Under the pieces are notes generated by a model. The model did not search any database and was not told where the DNA came from. It saw only the letters and a program-made list of their open reading frames with translations. A DNA stretch of 62,860 nucleotides, filler included, from Trypethelium eluteriae (taxonomy: Eukaryota), in assembly GCA_051942245.1 (NCBI GenBank). It is 3 parts of 3 records of this genome, joined end to end, with 100 filler letters (N's around TTAATTAATTAA, not from the genome) between each part and the next. Parts side by side here need not be neighbours in the genome. Positions count along the whole stretch, not along the records: positions 41,987 to 62,860 come from JAVECL010000486.1; 2 more parts are not named here. One strand, given 5' to 3'. The position numbers and the translations under genes are program-made. Each line of letters opens with the position of its first letter. Positions within the stretch are counted from its first letter, which is position 1. Below, piece by piece: positions 50,117 to 61,639 of the stretch.

Positions 50117-53100
50117 TTCCAAATCCGCAGTAATCTGTTCGCTATCAGGAACCATTTCATCCTCCAGTAACGAGACTATCTCTTTCAAGCTAGCAATGTG
50201 GTGGGCGAGAGCACTTGGCCCACCCTTTTTGATCCGAGGAAAATTCTCCAATACTCCTTTTCTACCATCGCCTTGGGCCGTTTTCAGACTGTTCCTCGCC
50301 ATATTCGCTGGTGGAAGAAGGAATAAAGAGTTGTTTCGAAAACCAATCTCGGAGCTCGAAGGCAGCACTGTGTATATTGACTTTGCTTTAGCCTTCAATA
50401 ATGCTCTCACACTCTCAAGATCTCCTTGGTCGACTGCACGATGAAGAGCTGTCCATCCGTATCTACCACGACTATTTAAAAGCTCAGAGTTTTTGAACCC
50501 AGGACACTTATCAATAAACCATTCTACTAGTGAGTCTCCATTTACTCCGTCCGCGACGGTAACATGAAGCGCCGTGTCGCGCCCCCCCTTGTCTTGGCGC
50601 AAGTAAAGATTCGCTCCAGCTTTGATGAGAACTTCTGCAGCCTTTGTATGTCTGCGACGGAGGGCAGTCTCTAGCGGAACCCAACCATCTGAGTCTTCCT
50701 TCTCGATGTCCGCCCCTGCTTGAATTAGGGCCTGAAGCACCTCAGCATTGCCAAACATAGCCGCCAAGACCGCCGGGGTCTGGCCACCTTTGGCTCGAAT
50801 GTTTATCTCTACCCGAGTATCCCTCAAAAGAACCTCGGCCATTGCACTGCTGCCAGTGATTGCGCAGTAATGGAGCGCATTCCTTCCGGCTCCATCGAGC
50901 TTGTTGATATTTGCAACTAGTGGGACTAGGAGTTCGAATTTTGAGTCATTGAAGAGCCTGTCGAATCCGGTCCGAGCGAACGAGGTTGCAGCAGTATCAC
51001 GATCATAATCCGTACCCACGTCAACGCGCGCACCTGCAGAGAGGAGCTCCTCCAAGACGTAGAGATCTTGGTCAACATTCTGCAATGCTGCGGAAAGTGG
51101 TGTCGCATCGCTCGAATCAGCCACATGAATGTCTGTACTCCAGCGTAGCAGGATCTGAATAGTGTCTCGGAGTGCCTGCCTGTACTCACGTCCGTGCATT
51201 ATAAACCGTGAAAACGCAGCGACAGGCTGACCCAGGAGGTGGAAGGCCGAATGCTTTTCCTCGAAACTACCACCATACATCTTAGCGTCATGCTCCAACA
51301 ACGTTTCGGCAATCTCGGGATAGTGATACATTGCTGCTATATCGAGGGGACTAAAACTGGGTAGTTGGGTGGATCGAGGTTCATGAATAGACGTTTGGAG
51401 GCCAGTCCATCGTAAGTTGACGTCCGCGCCCAGGTCAATAAGAGTCTTGACCAGTGCTAAGTTTCTTGCACGGACGGCCCAATGTAATGGTGCTCCCAAA
51501 AGTTCCAGACAATGCTTAGGGAGCCAGGCGTTCTGACGAGGTATAGCGTTCAGGAGCATTTGACAAACTCCAGGCTTTCCTGAGGATCCCTTGACCAGGA
51601 GATGCGCTAACGCACAGGCCTTTTTCTCGTCGAACATAATGAGCCAGTGCAATGGAGTTGTTGATTTGCCGTTGTGCTCGAGTAAAGGACAGCTCCGAGC
51701 TAAATAGCGCACCGTATCGAAATGGCCAAGTCTACATGCGGAAGTGAGCGCCAGAGACCATTGTTCCGAGGTAAGCCGGTCGAATGGGAGGAGTTGCCGC
51801 AGGGATGAAATATTGCCAGGTTTCAGCGATTCGTTAAGAGTCTTTATCCATGTGTCATTCTCGTCCACATCTTGGTCATCTGCACCAAGATCCCCAGAAA
51901 GCTCCTCGTCAGAATCGTATGGAGTTGACCAGATTTGGGAAGCGAAGTATGACTCTGGAGTGGTTTCCCGCCCCACCGGGTCTATATCCGGGTTGGGTAA
52001 AATATCGGAAAGATGTATGCTTGGTAACAATGGTACCAGTGCCTGAAAAACTCGCCGATGAATGGATTCCGCAACACGGTTCTTTTCTTTAACAGCAGTT
52101 CCTAGGTAGAATAACGCCTTAGACATATCAGGTTTGATACCAAATCCTAGGTAATAGCATATGCTGAGCTGTAAGGAAGTATACGCTTGTTGTGCTGGAT
52201 TTCTGGAAGAGTGAGCGTCGTGGAGCAGATTTTCCGTGATTGTACATTGAACTTCCCATGGAGGACCCGTGAAGAGAGGTGCCTGATGTTTGTAAATTAG
52301 CCAAATTTACCTCCTTAAAAAGTAGAATCGATGTAACTAACTTTAAACATGTTGAATGATTGATCATCGACTTTATCAGGACGCTTCGGAGGAGGCTGCT
52401 TAACAATTGGGACAAGGCCATAGCGCTCGTCCGAATAAGGATGAAGCGAAGCTTCATCAGTTACTCTGGTAAGACTCTGCTGAAATATCTTTTCCCCTTC
52501 AATTTGAAATCTAGTCTTTTCGTCACTGAGTTGATACCACGTCGAAGAGCTAACATTTCTATGGACAAATTCTCTTGCTGGTTCCGGAGGTCCGGTTCTG
52601 ATAGATCTATAACCAAAATACGGTCGGTTGTCACTAAGGTTCTCTCAGTGATTGAGCTTAGATGCAAAAGATATGAAGCCCACCTAATCCCTTCTCCAAG
52701 AACTCTCCTAACCGCTTGGATATCAGCACGTTCGTGAGCATTGTCCAAGAGAGTCATATCCAGAACTTGTTCCGCGATTCGCATAATCTCGCGTGGCGCA
52801 TTAATGAAGGGATTAGACTGGAAAAAGTCTTTCCCTCTTCTCAGTAGGCCATTTTGCTCGGTTGCGCACACCCTCTCTAGGAACTCTATTCTCGTTTCTT
52901 CGGCACGAAACCATTCATTATCCAGGTAAACCCCGCCACTGCTCATAATTTCCCACACAAGAAGGCCATAGGAGAAAATTTCTGATTTCCGGCAAAGGTC
53001 GAACGTCAACTGTCCGTTAATGACATTGGATCCACAACGCCCCTCTACTTCAGGCGCGTTGTATATCGAGGTTCCGAGATAGTTCAAAGTTTGTCCGTTT

Positions 53101-53789
53101 CCTTCAGTATCAAAGATAGCATGGCCGAAATCAGCAAGCTTTGCTACCTGCGCCCTCCACGTATCGCCCTGCCCACTCGGTATATCTGCGTCGAACAATA
53201 GCACATTTTCAGCCTTGATATCACCATGCAGGATCCTGTTCTCGTGCAAAGATTGAATTCCAGCAGCGATGTCCAGCATCAGCTCCCGTCTATCATCCAA
53301 AGGATGAAACTGTGTCTGAAGATAGTGACGCAAAGTTCCATGATCTGAATATTCCACCACGAGATAAGGGCGAGGGTCCGAAAATGCATCTACGGTCCAT
53401 CCGTATGCGAGAGTCGAAATGATCGAGCTATGATGATGAAGCTTAGCATGCGTCAGTACATGAAGTTCTCGCATCACTTCATCAAAGAGTTTTCGCGAGC
53501 GCTCGGGCGTTTGCCTCGAAGTCAAAACGTGCTTCACAGCTACATAATACGGCAACGCACCGCGTTCACCGTTCGGAGGGCTGAAGATTTCTTTGTTGAC
53601 TTCCCAACTGGCACCTCTGCCTAAACGGTCATCATGTTTCAAAGCGCTGGGATCCATCAAGGGGAGTGCACTTCGTGCGACGTCCAGAATCTTGGCCAAG
53701 TCGATCTTGCCCGAGTTTTGCAAATTCTGACACGCTGCATTTGTCTTATCATCAGCATCGTCAAAGCGTGAATCCCAGACTGCAGACAT
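50108..53789 (-). CDS. Protein kinase - Sel1-like repeat - ankyrin repeat protein; about 1190 aa
   Basis: Exons 53789-52684, 52633-52342 and 52282-50108 join in frame (3573 nt). Intact kinase motifs LGRGASWEV, VAVK, HGDIKAENVL, ADFG and YNAPE. Sel1-like LQLSICYYLGFGIKPDMSKALFYL. Multiple ANK repeats (TPLHW, APLHWA, NALHYC, TALHRA). Confidence 0.87.
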
Positions 53790-54429
53790 GGCATAGAATA
53801 GGCAGTCATTGGGTGAGGGTAAAGATTGTCTACGGTAACTGAGAATGAATTAGTGACGATGATGTGGAAGGTGACGATGGGTGCGCTACTGCAACAAAGT
53901 GTAGCGTCGGGGGTTCGCTTGCTATCAAATGAGACCAAATGACTGCACTAAGTAGACTACCTACCTTACCACGCTTACCTACCTAGTAGTCGGTGTAGTT
54001 ATCCCTTGCACTGGTGGGGCTGCCACGTACGGACTTCAGATCACGTGCTATCACGATAGAAAAGTACCAGGTAGTTCGTGCGCGGCAGCCTTCAGTGCAA
54101 GGGATAGCGGGCAGGTCCCAATAATTTAGTGGAAGCCATGCCGTTTCATGAACACTTCTCCAGTCCCGTTGCCCGAGTGCAACAACAGAACCCTGAAGAG
54201 ACGAAAACTTTACTCAGAAACAGACAAGGTATTGGTGTGCTTCGGGACCACTCTCGCGCCTGTTTCTTCGTTAATGTTGTCTACCTACTCTCTCTTTGTA
54301 GATTTTTGAGATGATCTTCGGCTAAGAGCTATTCCTACGCTAGCGATTTAAGTTACTTCAATATCCGGTGCAGACTTTTCAGCGTCAGAGCTCTACATAC
54401 AGGATACAATTTGCGCTAGCTTATTAAAC

Positions 54430-56288
54430 CTAACGGATGTCATCTTGGAATGGCCAAGCAGTCTCCCATTGTTGTCGTTCGTGAAAAGACGCCGACGCCG
54501 ACCCCGAGACCGACTCCGACTCCTGGTTCAAAAAATCCTTCTTTGCTTCCTCCAGTCGGTGAGACACAGTGTCGAATTCTTCAGGCGAAACAGCTCCGTC
54601 CCAACCTGTGTATGCGCCGACTTCTGCAATCACGCGAGCCTTTCGCTCAATGTCCCTTTCCCATTTGGCCAATTCATTCTTCTGCTTCGACAGTTGATCT
54701 TCGGAGTAGGCGAGGGGACAAGGAGCATCAGAGCGTACGACTTGCTTCCAGATGTCTGGCACTGCAAGCTGCGACAATAGACTCTGGATATAGATTTCGC
54801 CGTCGTCAAATATTGACCCAACCAGAGCTATTATTTGGCAAGGAAGAGTGTCACGATAGCGCAGAGTCCGCAGTAAATCCGGGGCTTGCTTTTGGGTGAA
54901 GATTTGGTACAAGCCCCAAATGGACTGCGCTATGTGTAGTTCTCGTGCGGCCTTCTTGGCAACTGGGTCCAGATCAGCGAAATCAGACGGTAACTGAGGC
55001 TGTTCGAAAACAGCGAGTATCGGACCATCGTACTCAATCAAGGACGGATAATGAACGTGGAGGAAGGCGGGACTAAGATGGGCGCCTTGCCAGTCGATGA
55101 TACCGGTGACCTCTGTTGTATGATTTTGGCTAACGAAAATGTTGTCGGTGTGTAAATCGTTATGCCACGGTATTGATGCGGTGTAAGCATCGTCTTTGGG
55201 AATAATGTATGGGAGAATGCGACGAACGTCCTCAATGACGGACATTTTGTATGTTTTCGACGGACGGAAACCTCCCGGTCCATTGAATATGCCTTGCTGA
55301 CGGTCTCGAGGGAACTCAGAAAATGTATTAAGACATGCAACTTCTCTATTGATGATGGCATTCACGACCTCTTCGGCCGAACTCCCTTTATCAGATTAAT
55401 TTACTGAATGAGTTGATGTGTGTTTGGAGGAACTTACAAGGCCCTCGATGGACATCAACTTCAGCTCGTTTATCATCAAACCATGTACGGCTAACAGTCG
55501 GACCGACACTGAAAATATCATCGACCGTTCTACTGTTGACGTCTGAAATGTCTTTTGAGTAGTAAAGCGAGCCATATGCCGGGAAGGGGGCCTTAGAAAG
55601 GCGTGCTGTGAAGCCCGCTAATTGCCTGACAATTTCAATCCTCTTCTTGCCGGGAAGATCATCCCAAACACGACCAAGCTCAATGCCAGGACATTTGTCC
55701 ATGATGATATACTCGGCGCCTACGCTGTTGGCACTTGCTTGCGTGCTGTATGCAAGTACATTTGGCGATGGAATTTTGAGACGGTCTCTCATCTAGATTA
55801 CATATTAGCTATGCTAAATCCAAAGCAGCTTTTCAGAAGTGATATACGTAGTCCATAGTCGCGACTTCCGAAGCTGTCGTATAGTGCGAACGACCGGCAT
55901 TTGGATTTGGAAGTCGGGCAATGACTTCACGTCCGTTCTGCATCTTGACAAGAAAAGTCTTATTAAAATTTCCCTCGGGTAGCCTCGAAACCTCCGCGCA
56001 GGTAGAGCCGGCGCCAGCAGCATCTTCGGCAACTTTAATGAGTGCCTTCAAGTCGAATCTCAAATACCGGCGCTGGAGCTGGTCTCGTTCATTCCAAAGC
56101 CAACGTTGAGCTGTATATTTGAATAGATCATCCTCGGTTGCAGAGCCTAAGATCTTTAGAATCCCAAAAGGCATGACCAGGGAAAGAAACTCACGTTCCA
56201 CTTTTTTTTCCCAAAAGCATTCATTGAAACCTGTTGCAGAAATGCTGGAGACGGTGGAATGAGCTGACGAGAACCTCCACGAGCCCAT
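54430..56288 (-). CDS. Aminoglycoside-phosphotransferase-family (Aim9-like) protein
   Basis: DLFKYTAQRWLWNE, LPEGNFNKTF, VIARLPNPNAG..TTASEVATMD, VGAEYIIMDK, WHNDLHTDNIFV, IIDWQ. About three introns; the start codon is uncertain (56288 or 56359). Confidence 0.85.
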
Positions 56289-56822
56289 CTTGATAGATAA
56301 TGGAGCTGTCGCGGAGCAGAATGCGACTTATTGCAGCGTATCCCTAGGCGAGCGAGCATTTCTGTCTTCCCAGGTCAAGTCGGAGCACTTTAGGTACTCC
56401 GGTGGCACTCTTGTTGACAAAGAAAGTAGATCCAGTTCGCAGAATCTACCATTCGCCATGCTTTTGCTCGTCTCGATTGTCGAAGCTGCGAATGATGCGC
56501 AAGGCGAGGATCCAGCGTTGTCGAAAGAGAAGTGGCTATCGTAAAGAGTGATGCTTTATATATGCTGAATAGTGTGCACAATAACTGAAGGAGTAATGCT
56601 ATGCGTGCATGCTTGCTCAAGACAGGAGGTTCCCAAATCCAGGCACGTTCAAAGTTGAATCAGTCTCGCTTAGGCTGCACTCGTGCTATCAGCTCAGGGC
56701 AGCTTGGGCCCAGCTTGAGGTGTACTCAGGCTCACGCAGCTGTTGCTCAGGCTGCTGATTCAACGCTCATGTTGACCCCTTGCATACCTGTAGGTCACGT
56801 CACTCTGTCCATCTATTAATTA

Positions 56823-56993
56823 CCGTGGTTGGGGGGTTTCTCAACTGGTAATCAGTACAATGTTACCTCAGTTTCACTGTTATGACCTTGTTGGTCCATG
56901 ATAACACCGCGTTAACATGGATCAACAAGGTCATAACAGCTAAACTGAGGTAACATTGTATTAATTACCAGTTGAGGAACCCCCCAGCCACGG
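56823..56993. mobile_element. Foldback MITE (about 82-bp terminal inverted repeats, TA flanks; Tc1/mariner-like)
   Basis: Left arm 56823-56904 (CCGTGGTTGGGGGGTTTCTCAACTGGTAATC...) is the near-perfect reverse complement of 56912-56993. TA lies immediately outside both ends. Confidence 0.75.
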
Positions 56994-57319
56994 TAAAGTA
57001 AGATACATCATCCACATCTTGCTTCATACAGCAGTACCATTGGTCGGGGTAGTAAAGCGACATGGAGCATTACTACAACAGCACTATCGGGCTCATTTTC
57101 ACCATTGGTCGACTTCAATAAAATCCTGCGTCGGCTGACGAGGTGACCTTTGAACTCATTTCCGACATCCTCAACATCGCAAGAGACATGAAGACCGTGA
57201 TCGAGAGACCAAGTCCTTGAAGTCTACCGTCGCAGTAGAAAATCTTATCTTACAAGCATTCATCGAAAGAGAAGAACAGATGCAGAGCATTCTTGAGAGT
57301 CAGGAGCGCGAGGGCCGCC

Positions 57320-57401
57320 TTAACATGGGCCAACAAGGTCATAACAGTGAAACCGAGGTAACGTTGTACTGATTACCAGTTGAGGAAGGCCCCAACCACG
57401 G
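57320..57401. repeat. Third copy of the MITE terminal repeat (right-arm orientation), followed by TA
   Basis: TTAACATGGGCCAACAAGGTCATAACAGTGAAACCGAGGTAACG...CCAACCACGG|TA is a direct repeat of 56912-56993 and an inverted repeat of 56823-56904. Confidence 0.85.
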
Positions 57402-57861
57402 TAAGGTACTCATGTATACGGCGATATGTCCAGGATAGAAGAAGTCGGCCCTGGATGAGAAGACTACCAAGAACCGTAGGTTTCGTTTTAACAATTCTTG
57501 ATATTCAAGTACAAATAATTTTGGACTCCAAACTATCTTGACTTATCAAGTAGCCTGTCAATACGATCTGTGCACCTCGAAGTATTACTGTGATGTAGCA
57601 ACACAAACTGGGTTCGCCTTGGTCTAACTGCTATTGTTCGGGCATGGGCTAAATAATGCACCCATACCGTAACAGATCGTATTGATTGCGGTACTGTGTG
57701 GAGGTAGGGCCGCATAATAGTCATGCTTTCGTCTATGTCGATTCGCTTCCTGTTCTCTCTACAACATTACCTAATAACTCGCAAAAAGGCAATCCCTAAA
57801 ATTCTTTACAGTAGGTACCACTTATCAAAACCTTTTCAGAGAAACAAAGGGCCGGTTTCGC

Positions 57862-60679
57862 TCATTTTGACTCCTCGTCGCGTATTCCAGCCAGCATACG
57901 TTCAGCCATTTCTCGAATTTTATCTCCAAGCACATCACGTTCGAATCGAGTTGCAATTTTCCCAGCTGCCTCCAACATCTTTCCGCTCTTATCGCGTAGC
58001 AACCCGACAATTTCAAGCGCTTTCATTCCCTTCTCTTCGCCTTCTCTGCATTCTGCCGCTAGGAGCTGGAGCAGCACTTTGTCCACTTCGACTTGTCGTC
58101 TTCCAAGCTCGCTTCGTTGACTATGGGATGCATTGGTGGCGGTCACGACATCTTCAAGCAAATCGAGCATGACGGAGTTGCGGACAAATGATTCTTCCAA
58201 TGTCTGTTTTTCGTTGTCCAAATCATCATCGTCAATCTTAGTCTTCGCCGTCAAAGGCAATTGGAAGTCGAACTCGGTAAGGAGTGGCCGTGGAAAATAT
58301 GGATATTGATCTCCGCCTTTGAGAATAATGCAATGGAACTTTTCTTGGGCGACTGCGACTGGCCAGTACGTTTCTTCTCGCTTCCCATCTGCGAGGCGGT
58401 CTAGTTGCTTAGTGTCCAAAAGTGGAACCCAACGAGCTTGACCAGGAGTTCGCCAATGAAGTAGGACCAGCAACACGCCCTCGGAATCGTAGATACAAGG
58501 ATCCTAAGACGTTCAGGATCTTGTTGCATTTTAGAAGTAGGGGATGTACTTACACCTGTATCAGAGAAAAACACGTTTTTGAGCTCTGCACCTTCGCTCA
58601 ATGCAACGATATCTTCACTTTGAAACATTTCATCTCGTTTCACGTTCTCGATCGTATATAGCAGTCGGGTCGTACCATCACTAGAAACAGAGCCATTTCC
58701 AACAGTGAGGACATAATCCCTCCACGAAGTACAAGTCACAGCTGGTGAGCTCTTCTGTCGATACACACGAATCGGGGTTCCAAACAGTGTGTAGACACGG
58801 ACGTAATTCGTAGCAGTCGTCACCACGATGTAAGAGTCGCTCAGTGACATTGCAATGACATTTTCGTTCTTTGGTAATTCCGTTCGCCAGTCTGTTCGGG
58901 CAGTCCATGTTTCGTGAGGTCGATAGTATAGCATAGCTGGATGTCTGTCTGACGATGGACACGAAAATAGTGTGCCGTTGTCGTTCAAGCAAGCCTTATC
59001 GTAGAGAAAGGGATCGGTGAAATGAAAATCTCGGTGGAACTCGCGGTCGTAGAATTCGACCGTCACGGTGTGGTGGCTATCTTGATCTACAGTCCAGACG
59101 AATCCCGTCAGATTTAGGCATAAATACTTCCTATTTCCCCGCCAAGGTGTGCTTCCCGGTTGAAATGGAGGATGGACTTGAGGTTGCCAAACGTCATCCC
59201 CGGCATGGCGTTTCCCATTGCGACCAGCAAGTTCATCTAGATGAGCGTTTGAACGCTTACCAAATCCATTAACGTGTTCAGCATAACCGGCACCGTCGTC
59301 GTCCTCGATGAAGCCTCCATCAGACATTCCATCTGGACCAAGTATATCATCTAGGGAATCTGGTGAGCCTCTCCTACCCCGACCAAGAGGCATGGCTTCT
59401 TTGGCTCCATTGATTTGTGGTCGGCGAGAATTGCCAGAAATTTCGGACAAGGGGTCATGAATGAACGGAGCTGGCTGGAGTCCTTTCTCAAGTAAAGAAG
59501 CTTGCTCCAAAGGCACAAAATCAGTGTTAATGTACAATTCACCATCGTTGTTCGTGTACGAAAGGATATTCTCGACCGGATGCCAGACCATATCAAGCAC
59601 CGTAGCCCGCACATCCTCCTGCCTATCTATTATTAGTCGATTTATCGCATCGGCGGCAGCGAGAATATACTTCTTCAGGATGCTCTGTGTTCTATTGTCC
59701 CATAGAACAAGACTCCGATCGGAGCCCGATGTCACAAGAAGCGCTCCATTTGGCGACCATGCACTGGCTGTAATGTCTCCCCTATGTCCAGATCGGAAAA
59801 TTCGTTGACGTTCCCAATCGCCTTTGGATACAACTTGGACGTCTGGAATTGCAAACGTTAGTCTGCGGTATAAAGAATGAGGAGATGGTCAGACCTCTGG
59901 TAGGAGTGGCAACGGCAAAAGCTCGCCCGTCAGGATGCCACACTGCCTTAGAGCTGGCCTCGGCATCTGGTTCAAAACTGCTCGTGAATCCAACAAGCTT
60001 TTTAATGAGCTCAGGCTGCTCCGAGCTCAACGAGTATACGTATATTTGTCCGTCATGGCTTGTTACTGACAATAATGTCCCACTAGGATCGAAAGAAACG
60101 TGTTTCACTGGTTTCGCCTGGTCCCGAAGATATAGCACACGGCTCATGTCGTTGGTATTGACCACTTTGACGACGAGCTCTCTGTATCTTGTCAGTGCAA
60201 ATATCTCACGTCCATTTTATTGTAAAACTTGCTCGCTCGCAACTGCTACCCAGTTTCCATCCGGTGACAGGGCAAGGTCTCGTATGGGCAATGTACATCG
60301 TACAAGTATCTGATCAAGCGAGTTGCTTTCCAATGAGTACTTGCAGACTGTTCCATCTTCTGAACCAGTTATGAAGAAATCATTCTATGCTTCCGTTACT
60401 AGGTGATTTGCGCATCAATGAGAGAGACAGACTGTAGCAACTATCGCCGTATTTGATTCCTGACAATCATCGATATTTGTTGGCTCGGCATCGGAGCCAG
60501 ATAGAAATACGCGAATCGCATTGTTCAGACCCGCCGTAATCAGCTTCCTTCCGTTTGGTGTATACGTAAGGAATGTAGGTCCAGGAATATCTGAATTTGA
60601 ATTAGTGCTGTGGTATATATCTCAAAATAACGTTTATCGTACGAGCAGGTCGAGCCCGCAGAAGCTGTTCCGGCGCCAT
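57862..60679 (-). CDS. sepB: Replisome hub SepB/Ctf4/Mcl1 (WD40 plus SepB domain)
   Basis: N-terminal WD40 repeats, then HPPFQPGSTPWRGNRKYLCLNLTGFVWTVDQDSHHTVTVEFYD, YVRVYTLFGTP and YWPVAVAQEKFHCIILKGG. Multi-exon. Confidence 0.93.
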
Positions 60680-60751
60680 TACGGATTGTGCTCTGAATTA
60701 CAACGTCTGTTGCGTAGACCGAGATGGTGGAAGAAAGGACATGAGCGGAGG

Positions 60752-60772
60752 ACGCGACGGACGCGCCCGCGT
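60752..60772. promoter_or_regulatory. Cluster of MCB-like ACGCG cores upstream of sepB
   Basis: ACGCG at 60752 and 60761 and CGCGT at 60768, about 75-95 bp upstream of a G1/S replication gene. Confidence 0.4.
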
Positions 60773-61133
60773 GCTTCTCGTGTTGACCCCACGTTCTACG
60801 CTGGATGCAGGGACCACCGCAGCTTTTCCACCCTCATTTCCTCCGACTGGAACACATCTTTTGCGCACATTGAACGCCCGGACTTCCTTCACTTTGAGCC
60901 CACTCAAGACTACATGTAGGTTTCTCAGTATCAATCACTGCACCTTTCCATTACATTTGAATACTAAGCAGGACAGAATTGCTCAAGCGAAACTTTCTAA
61001 CTTCGCGGTGCCTAGTCCCAAGCTTCCTTTCACACAGTCCGCGGGCTTCTTCGATACTCTCTCAAAAGCTCTCCCGCGGCATCTAGCAATCAGGAGAAAC
61101 AATCCGTGACTCTTATCTCCTAATTGCGTTGCA

Positions 61134-61639
61134 ATGGCTGAAGAGAACGGGACTACACCTGTTGTACCTGATGAGACTGCCTCAGCCACTGTGAACACGG
61201 GCAAGGCAAACGAGCAACCTACCGACATTAAGGGCAAAGGCAAAGCTATTGCACTGCCCGAGGATATAGGGATGGAAGATGACGATGAGGATGAGTCTGA
61301 AGAGGACGAAGAACAGGTACATACGTGGTTTCTTATTGGCTGTGATCTTGTCGCTAATTTTGACGACCTCTAGGCTGCAGAAGGTAGAACAGAAATCCAC
61401 TACAAAAAATTACAAAATCCAGTTCTCACAGTTTGGTAGCCGAAGTTGACGATGACGAGGATGAAGATGATATGCAGGAGATTGAGCTTGACAACATCGT
61501 CGATGGTGGAAAGCGCACTCGTGGAAAGGCGATAGATTTTGCCAAGGCAAACGAGGAAATGGGCGAAGATGAGGATGAAGACGAGGATGATGACTTCGTT
61601 GACCCTGATGAGGATGAGGACGAAGAGATGAAAGACTGA
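61134..61639 (+). CDS. CHZ1: Histone H2A.Z chaperone Chz1
   Basis: Small acidic protein with CHZ motif DDMQEIELDNIVDGGKRTRGKAIDF. Three exons: 61134 to about 61316, 61374-61383 and 61440-61639. Confidence 0.88.

Noticed and set aside
52128..52683. Apparent frameshifts suggesting the kinase-ankyrin locus is a pseudogene
   Set aside because: Two canonical introns restore one continuous frame.
56996..57319. Possible transposase remnant between the TIRs
   Set aside because: Only short open frames, with no recognisable DDE or HTH motif.
56823..57401. Possible CRISPR-like array or structured ncRNA
   Set aside because: There are only three ~82-bp copies, two of them inverted, with TA flanks, in a eukaryotic genome. 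A MITE explains this better.
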